From Kiritimatiellia bacterium (GTDB lineage: Bacteria; Verrucomicrobiota; Kiritimatiellia; UBA8416; JBFIFS01), in NCBI GenBank assembly GCA_041602695.1, contig JBFIFS010000006.1, positions 1-52,649 on the forward strand: DNA of 52,649 nt. The letters are read 5' to 3'. Below, piece after piece: positions 27,618-36,004 of the stretch. Position 1 is the first letter of the stretch. Every line of letters starts with the position of its first letter. The translations under genes and the position numbers were made by a program. Under the pieces are notes generated by a model, which searched no databases, was not told the origin of the DNA, and worked only from the letters and a program-made list of their open reading frames with translations.

Positions 27618-30067
27618 TCCTTCTGCGCGCGAGTATACTCGCCCTGCCAACCGGGAGGCGGCGGATTGTTCTTCATTGCCTCAACCTGCTTCTTGAGAAA
27701 AACCGCCGGGCCGTCGTTAGGCTTCAGCTCAAGTACCCCGTCAAGCATCTCCGACGACTCATCCCACTTCCTCTCGTGGAACGACCTGACCGCCTTGTCA
27801 TAAAGGTCCAGCCACCCGCCATCCCTCTCGGCAACTTCGCTCTTTTCCCCAAGCAGCTCGTAAATTGATACGGCCTCTGTCTTGCCCTTCACGATAATCC
27901 GCGCCAGAAGACGCCCGGCCAGGGACTTCTCAACATGCCTGTAAGTCTCCTGGCCGATGATTATTGAGGTGTTGAAGTCCTTGTTCGCCGGTTCAAGTCG
28001 CGCAGCCAGGTTCACGGTATCCCCCATTACAGTATACTGGAACTTCCTGTAAGATCCCATGTTGCCCGCAATAGCCTGCCCCGAGTTCACCCCTATCCTC
28101 ATGGACAGCTCCATCCCAAATTCTTCCTTCAGGCTCGGGTTAATTTCTTTAAGCAAGCGAACCTGTTCAAGGGCGGCCCTGCAGGCCTTCATTGCATGCC
28201 CCTCGTCGGGGAACGGCGCGCCCCAAACGGCCATCACGCCATCTCCCACATATTTGTCCAGATAGCCGCCATTGCTCATTATGCAGTCAGTAACGGCCGT
28301 GAAGTACTTGTTCAGCAACTTGGTCAGACGCTCGGGAGGCAGCTGCTCGCTTATTGACGTAAAACCGCCGACATCAGAAAAGAGGACGGAAACATCGGCC
28401 CTGTGCCCCTGGAGCGAGAAGCTGCCGGGATTCTGCTCGAGGTACTCAAGGACCTTGTCCGAGACCATGCGGGAGAACATCCCCCTGATCTTTCTCTTCG
28501 CCTTCTCCTCCGTGAAAAACCTGTACGTCATTACACTGAACGAGCAGAGGGTTATGTAGAAAAGCGGAGGAATCACCGGTATGATCCTGATGCTCCCGTA
28601 AATCAGAATGAATGCGGCCGCTGAATAGGCCAGCGTAAGCGCGATGGCTGTCGGACCAAGCCGGGCCGATCTCTCCGCACAGCAGATGAGCGTCACGACT
28701 ATCCACAAGATCGCGTAAAGGGCCTTCTTTTCGCCGGCCTTGACCTCCATGATGTAGTTACCGGTCAGCATATTGTTGATTGCGGTGAGGTGCACGTGCA
28801 TGAAAGGGGTCTTCGTGGACAGCGGCGTTGGTCCCGAATCCTGCCCGGCCGCAGTGACTCCCACCAGAACAACCTTTCCCTCAAGGCGGGACCTGATCTC
28901 CGCCGCCCTGGCCTGTTTGAATTCAGGCGGGGCCCTGCCGGGAACGGCCGTGTCGATCAGGTTGACTGCCTTAAAATCATCGAATGTTGCATCGAAATTG
29001 AGCGTAAACCGGCCAAGTTCATCTATGGGAACCCTGCGCACAGCTCCTTCCGGCGGTGTAATGACAAGCTCGCTCCCTAGAAAGACCTGGACCTGCCCTT
29101 CCTTTATTGGAAGCTCTATGCCGATATGCAGGAGGAACGGAAGAAGCGCCAGGGACGGGGTGAACACGTACTCCTCCCTGCCGCTTTGAGGATCATGATA
29201 CCTGAACCCAGCCACCAGAGGTACCCGCCGCACGACACCGTCCGCATCTCGAGGGCAGTTGACAAAAGCCTGCCTCGTATAGTCGAGAAACTCCTGCGCA
29301 CATAGCTTGGCATTGGGTGCCCAGCCATACTGCTCTCTGCCCATACCTTCGGCAAAATGTATATCGGCAGGGGGAAGCCTCACATCCGACAGGTAGGGAA
29401 TTCTCATTCCCTGCCCGGACTCGTCCCCCAAAACGTCCTCCTCGGACCAGGGCTTGACCGTAAAGACCTGAGGGTCCATCCAGCCCCCGCGATAATAGTA
29501 GGCAAAGACAACAGGCATTCGCATCCGAAGCAGGGAATGCGCCAGCCAGGAGTTGCCCTGCTCAAAGGAAAGGCGGTTCATGTAACTCAATACAACCGGG
29601 TGTATCAGCACCCCGGAGCTTTCCTTTACCGTTGCAATCTGGTTCTCGACAAGGCCAAGCCGTTTCTCGGATTCGGTAACCCTGTGCTTTCTCGATGCCC
29701 TGCCCAGCGGATCCTCGAAAATTATGTCATAAGCTATGACCGACGGCCTCACATATTCGCTCAGGAAGGTCAGCTGATCGACAAAAGGCTGCTTGGTCAG
29801 CCATGCCCCGGCACCAAAGCGCCCGAACTTCTCCTGCGTTGAAGCATCAATGCCTACCGCCGCAACGTCCGGGTGGACCCGCCCCTCAGAATCAGGCAGC
29901 ATGTAATATCGCCACCTGACAAAGATGTCGTGGATGGCAGGCTCCCAGGTTCTCACTGCCCCTCCCAGGAAAACCGCCGCCTGAAATGCCGCGGCAGATA
30001 TCAGCACAATCGGCAGGATCGCCCTGAACCGCGCAAACCTTCCTTTTTTCTCATCCTTCTCAAACAT
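27614..30067 (-). CDS. CHASE2-domain class III adenylate cyclase
   Basis: N-terminal TM, CHASE2 (VGID, YDIIF, DADGVVRRVPL, SLAL, GKVVLVG), three TMs, then FSDVGGFT, DKYVGD and YTVMGDTVNLAARLE. Lys/Thr specificity residues indicate ATP. Alternative TTG start at 30115. Confidence 0.92.
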   Translation of the reverse strand: MFEKDEKKGRFARFRAILPIVLISAAAFQAAVFLGGAVRTWEPAIHDIFVRWRYYMLPDSEGRVHPDVAAVGIDASTQEKFGRFGAGAWLTKQPFVDQLTFLSEYVRPSVIAYDIIFEDPLGRASRKHRVTESEKRLGLVENQIATVKESSGVLIHPVVLSYMNRLSFEQGNSWLAHSLLRMRMPVVFAYYYRGGWMDPQVFTVKPWSEEDVLGDESGQGMRIPYLSDVRLPPADIHFAEGMGREQYGWAPNAKLCAQEFLDYTRQAFVNCPRDADGVVRRVPLVAGFRYHDPQSGREEYVFTPSLALLPFLLHIGIELPIKEGQVQVFLGSELVITPPEGAVRRVPIDELGRFTLNFDATFDDFKAVNLIDTAVPGRAPPEFKQARAAEIRSRLEGKVVLVGVTAAGQDSGPTPLSTKTPFMHVHLTAINNMLTGNYIMEVKAGEKKALYAILWIVVTLICCAERSARLGPTAIALTLAYSAAAFILIYGSIRIIPVIPPLFYITLCSFSVMTYRFFTEEKAKRKIRGMFSRMVSDKVLEYLEQNPGSFSLQGHRADVSVLFSDVGGFTSISEQLPPERLTKLLNKYFTAVTDCIMSNGGYLDKYVGDGVMAVWGAPFPDEGHAMKACRAALEQVRLLKEINPSLKEEFGMELSMRIGVNSGQAIAGNMGSYRKFQYTVMGDTVNLAARLEPANKDFNTSIIIGQETYRHVEKSLAGRLLARIIVKGKTEAVSIYELLGEKSEVAERDGGWLDLYDKAVRSFHERKWDESSEMLDGVLELKPNDGPAVFLKKQVEAMKNNPPPPGWQGEYTRAQKD

Positions 30068-30122
30068 GATCCACCAAAGCCAACCGTCCCACGTGCCCAA
30101 ACGTTTTTTGCTCAATTACCAA

Positions 30123-30151
30123 TTGACGACACCGCCGCATTGATATACAGT
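30123..30151 (+). promoter_or_regulatory. sigma70 promoter for the FecR-like gene, overlapping a divergent promoter for the cyclase
   Basis: TTGACG-N17-TACAGT on the plus strand and TTGTAA-N18-TATACT on the minus strand. The palindrome ATATAC-A-GTATAT covers both -10 boxes. Confidence 0.5.
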
Positions 30152-30204
30152 ATATGGAGAAATTATAGTATTTTACAACTTTTGAACTATTAAGGAGTTG
30201 CTGT

Positions 30205-31233
30205 ATGAAGTCCGTCTCTATTGCTCTCGTAGCGGTTGTATGCCTCATGATATTCACAGGATCAGCTCAAGCAGTCAAGTTTGACCCTCTGTTCCGCGTA
30301 ACCGCCGTGCAAGGCAGCTGCAATGTGCAGCCTAAAGGAAAGAGCGCCTTTGAGCCAGCAGAATCGGGCAAGGCCTATCATTATGGGTCACGCATAAAGA
30401 CCGACCGGAACTCCTCACTGATCATTCTTCTGGCAGATGGCAACGAGTGCCAGGTTCTTGCGAACGCCGACCTGATCATGGCCGAAGACGCCAGGGACTC
30501 GAAGCTGAAGATCATAAAGCTCAGCGCAGGCACGGTCGATGTGGACCTGGATCCTGAATTTGCCGAAGACGGCTACGGACTGCATGTTGAAACAGCGGCG
30601 GCCATCTGCGGCGTGGTAGGCAGCAAGGGATCCGTTGACGCCCGCGCCGACAAGGACATGAGCGTAACCACGCTCGGAGTCACAGAAGGAAAGTGGTTCA
30701 GCAAGGGGGATCACTTCGAGATCAAGGAACTTGATGCAGAGGACATCATCAGCATAGCCACCTCCATCGACCGCGAGTTCACAAGACTCAAGAACCTCAA
30801 AGGACAATGTTCCATTGACTGCAAGAACTCCGCCGGCGAAATGCAGACGCTGGAAATCAAGCTCAACGGCGTCGTAAAGATCTGGGCAAGGTCCACAGAT
30901 GTGGGAAACAACGTCACAGTTACAATTATCTTCACGTCTCCAGACGGCAAGGTAGAGCAGGCGTTTACCTATACGGAAAAAGACCTGCGCACTCCCGAGG
31001 AAATCGCTCAGGCCCGGGCTGAGATCAAGGACGAGATCAGAAAGAAGCTTGAAGATATCGACAAGCGCGAGACCGTCGTGACCACCACCACAACCACCAC
31101 TACTACCGTCAGTTCCACGACGACAATCCCGGCCGTCCTGATACCTGACACCGATGGTGATGGCGATTCTGATGTCGACGAGCTGGTGCTTGGCACTGAT
31201 CCGGACGACGTGACCCCTACTGGCCGCCGTTAA
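30205..31233 (+). CDS. Secreted FecR-domain-like protein with Thr-rich linker and C-terminal TSP3-like motif
   Basis: Signal peptide (AQA) and FecR-like GSRIKTDRNSSLII, LSAGTV, VETAAAICGVVG and VTEG. Nine-Thr run, then DTDGDGDSDVDELVLGTDP. AAGGAG SD. Confidence 0.7.
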   Translation: MKSVSIALVAVVCLMIFTGSAQAVKFDPLFRVTAVQGSCNVQPKGKSAFEPAESGKAYHYGSRIKTDRNSSLIILLADGNECQVLANADLIMAEDARDSKLKIIKLSAGTVDVDLDPEFAEDGYGLHVETAAAICGVVGSKGSVDARADKDMSVTTLGVTEGKWFSKGDHFEIKELDAEDIISIATSIDREFTRLKNLKGQCSIDCKNSAGEMQTLEIKLNGVVKIWARSTDVGNNVTVTIIFTSPDGKVEQAFTYTEKDLRTPEEIAQARAEIKDEIRKKLEDIDKRETVVTTTTTTTTTVSSTTTIPAVLIPDTDGDGDSDVDELVLGTDPDDVTPTGRR

Positions 31234-31262
31234 CGATCGTCGTTTTTTAACTGGATTTACAG

Positions 31263-31298
31263 AAACATCCCGGTAATATCCCGGGATGTTTTTGTTTT
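31263..31298 (+). terminator. Intrinsic terminator-like hairpin between the FecR-like and PpiD-like genes
   Basis: Perfect 11-bp stem AAACATCCCGG-N7-CCGGGATGTTT followed by TTGTTTT. Confidence 0.7.
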
Positions 31299-31308
31299 GG
31301 AGGAAACC

Positions 31309-32961
31309 ATGCTGATATCCAAGTTCAACAGAATGATCCGCAATAAGTTCCTGTGGGGATTCTTCGCAATCGTTATTTGCCTTTTCTTTGTCGGAGGCTC
31401 ACTGGAGCTTGGAGGCTGCTCCAAGAACGCTGCCGATGGAGCCGGAACAGTGGACGGAGTACAAGTCAGCCGCACTGAACTCAACAAGGCAAAGCTCTTT
31501 GCAATAGGACTCCGGAGCCAGGGCCGCCTCTCGGAATCTGAGCTGGAAGAGCTCGAAAAGGCCGCCTGGAAACGGATTGCAACCCTTAAGTATGCGGAGA
31601 AGCTGGGCGTTACATGCACACAGCAGGAAATCGACGCTATCGTTGCGGGAGACCCGCGCTTCCAGACTGACGGCTCTTTTGATCACCAGAAATATCAGGC
31701 AATCATCCGGCAGGAACTCGGAGTCAGCACCGAGATCATGGAGGAGTACATGGCCCAGGAGATTGTCCTCAACCGGATGCAAGTGCTCACGGCGGCAATG
31801 ATACTCACGCCCCCCTCCGAGCTCGCCACGAAACTTGAGCGGCTCACCGACGTGGTTGAAGTCGACTATGCTTTCGTTACCAACGCCTTGGATATAAAGA
31901 AGGTGAAGATATCAGAAGATGAAATCCAGGACTATTTCGAAGACAGCATCGACCTGTTCCGCGTACCTGAAAAGATGAGCGTGCAGTACGCGCGATTCCC
32001 AATCGCCGACTACACTTCGCAGGTATCGGTAACCGAACAGGATGCGCTGGAATACTACGAAACAAACATTTCCGACTATTCCTCACGAGATACGAACGAT
32101 GTGCTCGTGACCATCGCATTCACCAACGTCGCGGACGAAATAACATCGGCGCTGATATGGGATGAAGCCTCTTATTTGGCAAAGGATGATGCTACTGAAT
32201 TTGTCATGGACCTCATGCCGGAGCGCGACGGCACGGCGGCTTCGCTCGAAAGCGTACTCGGGGAGCGGGGCATGACCATGCAGACCTCCCCTTTCTTTTC
32301 CATGTTCGAGAACGTGGAAGGAGTCGATGCCGGATATGACTTCAACAGGGCAGCTTTTGCGCTCGTTCCGTCGGACCCCGAGAGAAGCATAAGCGATGCG
32401 GTAGTCGGGACAAGCAACGTCTACGTATTGGTTGCCGGCGATAAGATTGACTCCCGCCTGCCGGAGCTGGAAGAGGTAAAGGCCGAGGTCGAATCTTTTG
32501 CCAAACGAAGGAAAGCATCAAAGATGTTCGACGAGCAGGCCCATGACCTGAGGGAAAAGATCCTGGCTGAAACAGGCAAAGGAAAGTCCTTCCGGGAAGT
32601 GGTTGAAGACGAGGACATTGAAGTCATTACCGCTCCACCGTTTTCTGTCTACTCCGATATGACAAACGAGATCGAATACTCAGAAGTACTGGTTCCTTCG
32701 GTCATATCCCTGGACAAGGGCGAGACCTCAGAACTTATACCCACTTCCGATGGGTACGTGCTGGTACACGTGAGGACGCGAGAGGCCGGAGACCTCCTGT
32801 CAGCCGAGCTGCTGAAGCCACAGCTGATATCGGCCGTCTCGCGGTACAGGTCGTCCATCCTCTTTGATGAAATGCAGAACGCCCTCCTGGCCAGCATGGT
32901 CGAGATCAGCGCGGAAGCGGGACCCCTCGAAGAAGAAGATGGTGATCTGGGAGAAGAGTAG
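31309..32961 (+). CDS. PpiD-like membrane-anchored periplasmic chaperone (SurA N-terminal domain)
   Basis: N-terminal TM, GTVDGVQVSRTE, FQTDGSFDHQKY, YFE....FRVPE and GETSELI...GY motifs typical of PpiD. GGAGG SD before ATG 31309. Confidence 0.75.
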   Translation: MLISKFNRMIRNKFLWGFFAIVICLFFVGGSLELGGCSKNAADGAGTVDGVQVSRTELNKAKLFAIGLRSQGRLSESELEELEKAAWKRIATLKYAEKLGVTCTQQEIDAIVAGDPRFQTDGSFDHQKYQAIIRQELGVSTEIMEEYMAQEIVLNRMQVLTAAMILTPPSELATKLERLTDVVEVDYAFVTNALDIKKVKISEDEIQDYFEDSIDLFRVPEKMSVQYARFPIADYTSQVSVTEQDALEYYETNISDYSSRDTNDVLVTIAFTNVADEITSALIWDEASYLAKDDATEFVMDLMPERDGTAASLESVLGERGMTMQTSPFFSMFENVEGVDAGYDFNRAAFALVPSDPERSISDAVVGTSNVYVLVAGDKIDSRLPELEEVKAEVESFAKRRKASKMFDEQAHDLREKILAETGKGKSFREVVEDEDIEVITAPPFSVYSDMTNEIEYSEVLVPSVISLDKGETSELIPTSDGYVLVHVRTREAGDLLSAELLKPQLISAVSRYRSSILFDEMQNALLASMVEISAEAGPLEEEDGDLGEE

Positions 32962-32967
32962 ACGCCT

Positions 32968-33963
32968 CTACCAGCAAAACCCGGGAAGCCGTATCCCGCA
33001 GAACCTGCACGTTTCGTCAACAACACCACTCACAGTGGTTGCATATCCAGTGCGGGAAATCACACACTCGCCGCACCCGGGACACGCGGTGTCCTGGCCG
33101 CAAGACGTAACGACGTTACCGAGATACACGTAATGCAGCTTGCAGGCCGCAGCATCATGCGCGCGCCTGAGCACCGAAACATCTGTCGCCTTGTTTGTCA
33201 TCTTGTACTGAGGCCTGTATGCGCTGAAATGGAGCGGGACATCGCTCCCCAGACTGTCCGCAATCCAATCTACCAGTTCTGTGATGGTCGCTGGTGAATC
33301 ATTCTCGCCAGGTATGATTAGGTTCGTGATTTCCAGGTGCTTCCCAGCCCCGCGGACAGACTCGCAGAACTCCAGTATCGGCCGAAGCTTTCCACCACAG
33401 TTTCTTCTGTAGAAATCATCATCCATGCTCTTTATGTCGACATTGAAGGCGTCGATAGCCCCGACTATCTCCTCACGCGCCTCAGAGCTGACATACCCGT
33501 TCGTTACCGCAACATTCTGCAAGCCCCGCTCTCGTGCCAAAGCGCTGCAAGCGAGCACAAACTCAACCGAGATGAGAGGCTCGTTGTATGTGTATGCGAC
33601 GGCAGAGGTGCCGGCCCGCTCTGCCCCGGCGACAATCTGCTCGGGACTGTACGCAGCGCCATCGCGAATGAAGTCCTGGGAAATTGACCAGTTCTGACAA
33701 AAGCTGCAATGAAGATTGCACCCCCACCCTCCTACGCTGAATATATCTGTTCCAGGCCTGAAGTGGTAGAGGGGTTTCTTCTCAATCGGGTCTACATTGC
33801 TGGAAGATATCCGCCCGTATCCGTCCGCGTAAAGTGTACCGTCCCTGTTGTACCTCACTCCGCATGATCCGCCATGACCGTTCCGAATCACGCAATAGTT
33901 GGGGCAGAGTTCGCACCTTACCGCATCATCTCCACAATTCTTCCAGTATTGGGCTGTCCGCAT
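32968..33963 (-). CDS. amrS: AmmeMemoRadiSam system radical SAM enzyme
   Basis: CELCPNYC...CGVRYN N-terminus, DPIEKKPLYHF, CNLHCSFCQN (CxxxCxxC), YTYNEP and C-terminal CPGC/CRFC. Start at ATG 33963 or 33969, after GAGGGG. Confidence 0.9.
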   Translation of the reverse strand: MRTAQYWKNCGDDAVRCELCPNYCVIRNGHGGSCGVRYNRDGTLYADGYGRISSSNVDPIEKKPLYHFRPGTDIFSVGGWGCNLHCSFCQNWSISQDFIRDGAAYSPEQIVAGAERAGTSAVAYTYNEPLISVEFVLACSALARERGLQNVAVTNGYVSSEAREEIVGAIDAFNVDIKSMDDDFYRRNCGGKLRPILEFCESVRGAGKHLEITNLIIPGENDSPATITELVDWIADSLGSDVPLHFSAYRPQYKMTNKATDVSVLRRAHDAAACKLHYVYLGNVVTSCGQDTACPGCGECVISRTGYATTVSGVVDETCRFCGIRLPGFCW

Positions 33964-34101
33964 ATTCATCCCCTCATGTATATCTTCCTGCCGCCTTGCC
34001 CATTTGTCCAGATTGCAATGCAGGGATTCCCGGGCCTCCCCAAAGCCCTCTCGAACAAATGACTTTTTCACACGGCCGCTTTTTGGTTTAATAAGTGGAC
34101 G

Positions 34102-35283
34102 ATGCGAGCGTTTGTGATAGTGCTGGATTCAGTTGGCATTGGGGCCGCTCCTGACGCGGCAGACTACGGCGACGAAGGAGCCAACACCCTGGGCAACCTG
34201 TCGCATGCTGTAGGCGGGCTCGATTTGCCCACGTTTCGAAAGATGGGGCTCGGCAATATCCCAGGGCTCATTCCTCAAGGAAAACCCATTCTCGGCGTCG
34301 AGCCGTGCAGCTCGCCATCGTGCGCTTTCGGAGCCATGAGGGAAGCCTCTCAAGGCAAGGACACTACTACCGGGCACTGGGAAATGATGGGGATAGAGAT
34401 GTCGCGCGGTTTCAAGCTGTTTCCTGGAGAATACCCCTCCTTTCCGAAAGAACTGACGGACGACATATCCACAAATTCGGGCCGCGCTATTCTGGGAAAC
34501 ATAGCGGCAAGCGGTACTGCCATAATTCAGGAGCTCGGCGATGAACATAGACACACCGGCAAGCTGATTGTCTACACGAGCGCCGATTCAGTCCTGCAGA
34601 TAGCAGCCCACGAAGAGGTAGTACCCCTGACCGAGCTTTATTCCATCTGCCGAATGGTCAGGGCCCTCGCCAACCCTTACAGGATTGGCCGGGTCATTGC
34701 GCGCCCATTCGTAGGGGAAAAAGCCGGATCTTATACCAGGACGGAAAACCGCAAAGATTTCTCCTACCCGCTGCCGGAACACACCGTCATGGAGCATCTG
34801 GCCGAAGCCGGTGCCAATGTTGTAACGGTGGGGAAACTCGATGACATCTTCGACGGCAAAGGCATTACGGAAGCCCGGCATGTCGAAAACACGCGGGACG
34901 CCCAGGCGCACGTGAAAATACTGGCAGAAAAGGCGCTTCCAAACTCATTTGTGTTCGCGAACTTCATCGACTTCGACATGCTTTACGGACATCGGCGCGA
35001 CACCGCCGGATATGCCGCCGCTTTAGCGGACACCGACAGCTTTCTGGCAGATCTGCTGCCGTGCCTCGATGATGAAGACATCCTGATGGTAACCGCTGAT
35101 CACGGGAACGACCCAACATTCAAAGGAACAGACCACACTCGCGAGTATGTGCCGCTCGTCGTAAAAGCGCCCGGAATGGAAGGACAGTCTCTCGGCATCA
35201 GGAACGGGTTCTTCGATATTGCGCAGTCTCTGGCAAAAGTGTTTGGCATCGATCCGATGCCGCGCGGCGTAAGCTTCCTCTAG
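34102..35283 (+). CDS. deoB: Phosphopentomutase
   Basis: VLDSVGIG, GKDTTTGHWE, ASGT, YTSADSV, GRVIARPF, DFDMLYGHRRD, TADHGNDP and DHTRE motifs. Confidence 0.97.
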   Translation: MRAFVIVLDSVGIGAAPDAADYGDEGANTLGNLSHAVGGLDLPTFRKMGLGNIPGLIPQGKPILGVEPCSSPSCAFGAMREASQGKDTTTGHWEMMGIEMSRGFKLFPGEYPSFPKELTDDISTNSGRAILGNIAASGTAIIQELGDEHRHTGKLIVYTSADSVLQIAAHEEVVPLTELYSICRMVRALANPYRIGRVIARPFVGEKAGSYTRTENRKDFSYPLPEHTVMEHLAEAGANVVTVGKLDDIFDGKGITEARHVENTRDAQAHVKILAEKALPNSFVFANFIDFDMLYGHRRDTAGYAAALADTDSFLADLLPCLDDEDILMVTADHGNDPTFKGTDHTREYVPLVVKAPGMEGQSLGIRNGFFDIAQSLAKVFGIDPMPRGVSFL

Positions 35284-35888
35284 TCCTCTCCCGCACAGGA
35301 GGCAAGGTCTACCGCAAGCTGCCAATGGTGAAGACCTTCACTCATTTCCGCAATACTCAGGGCAGTCGGGACAGTAACCTCCCTCCCCTCCCCGGACTCA
35401 GTTATATGCACTCGAAGCTCCCCTCCGAATTCGCTTCCTCGAAGCGCGTTTAGAGGAATGCCGCATGCGGCCAGCAGCCACCCCGTCAGGAAAGGCAAGA
35501 GCCCCGCATCTGCACAGTCGGTTTCCAGCGGCAGGCCCTCAGCAATGGCTCCGCCGTCATCATAAATAGCGCAGAGAATCGGCGCGGGAGGTCCGTAGAA
35601 CTCCGCCTCCAGAATTACATCTCGAAACAGATCCCTGAATGTCTTCTCCGGGGCATAGAATGCATCTTCATCCAGCAAACACGGATCAAGACGGGAAGGA
35701 TCCATCACGCCTTCAACGCCACCAGAGAAGACAGCCCTTGCAGCTCGTGGAAAACACGCCAGGACCTCGGAAAGAAGCGCTTCCCAGAACCTCATCGCTA
35801 CTCGGTTAACACCCCCTATACCGCCTATGATCTTCAACTCTGGCACAAGATCCGTCTTAGGCTGGACTCCTGAAATAAGACTGCTCAA
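35280..35888 (-). CDS. Hypothetical protein
   Basis: 202-codon ORF filling the gap between deoB and the hybrid kinase, with its stop overlapping the deoB stop (CTAG). No recognised motif; start uncertain. Confidence 0.55.
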   Translation of the reverse strand: MSSLISGVQPKTDLVPELKIIGGIGGVNRVAMRFWEALLSEVLACFPRAARAVFSGGVEGVMDPSRLDPCLLDEDAFYAPEKTFRDLFRDVILEAEFYGPPAPILCAIYDDGGAIAEGLPLETDCADAGLLPFLTGWLLAACGIPLNALRGSEFGGELRVHITESGEGREVTVPTALSIAEMSEGLHHWQLAVDLASCAGED

Positions 35889-36004
35889 TTGCGACCTCTC
35901 TGGAAAATATTACGTAAATCAAAGAAAACCATTGATTGATTGTCACATAAAGCATATTTTTTTGACTAATTATTGCACCGCCGCAATTGTAAGCTCGAGT
36001 ATAG

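Noticed and set aside
35932-35947. CRP/FNR site TTGAT-N6-TCACA upstream of the hybrid kinase
   Set aside because: Only one good CRP half-site, and the other half is out of register by one base.
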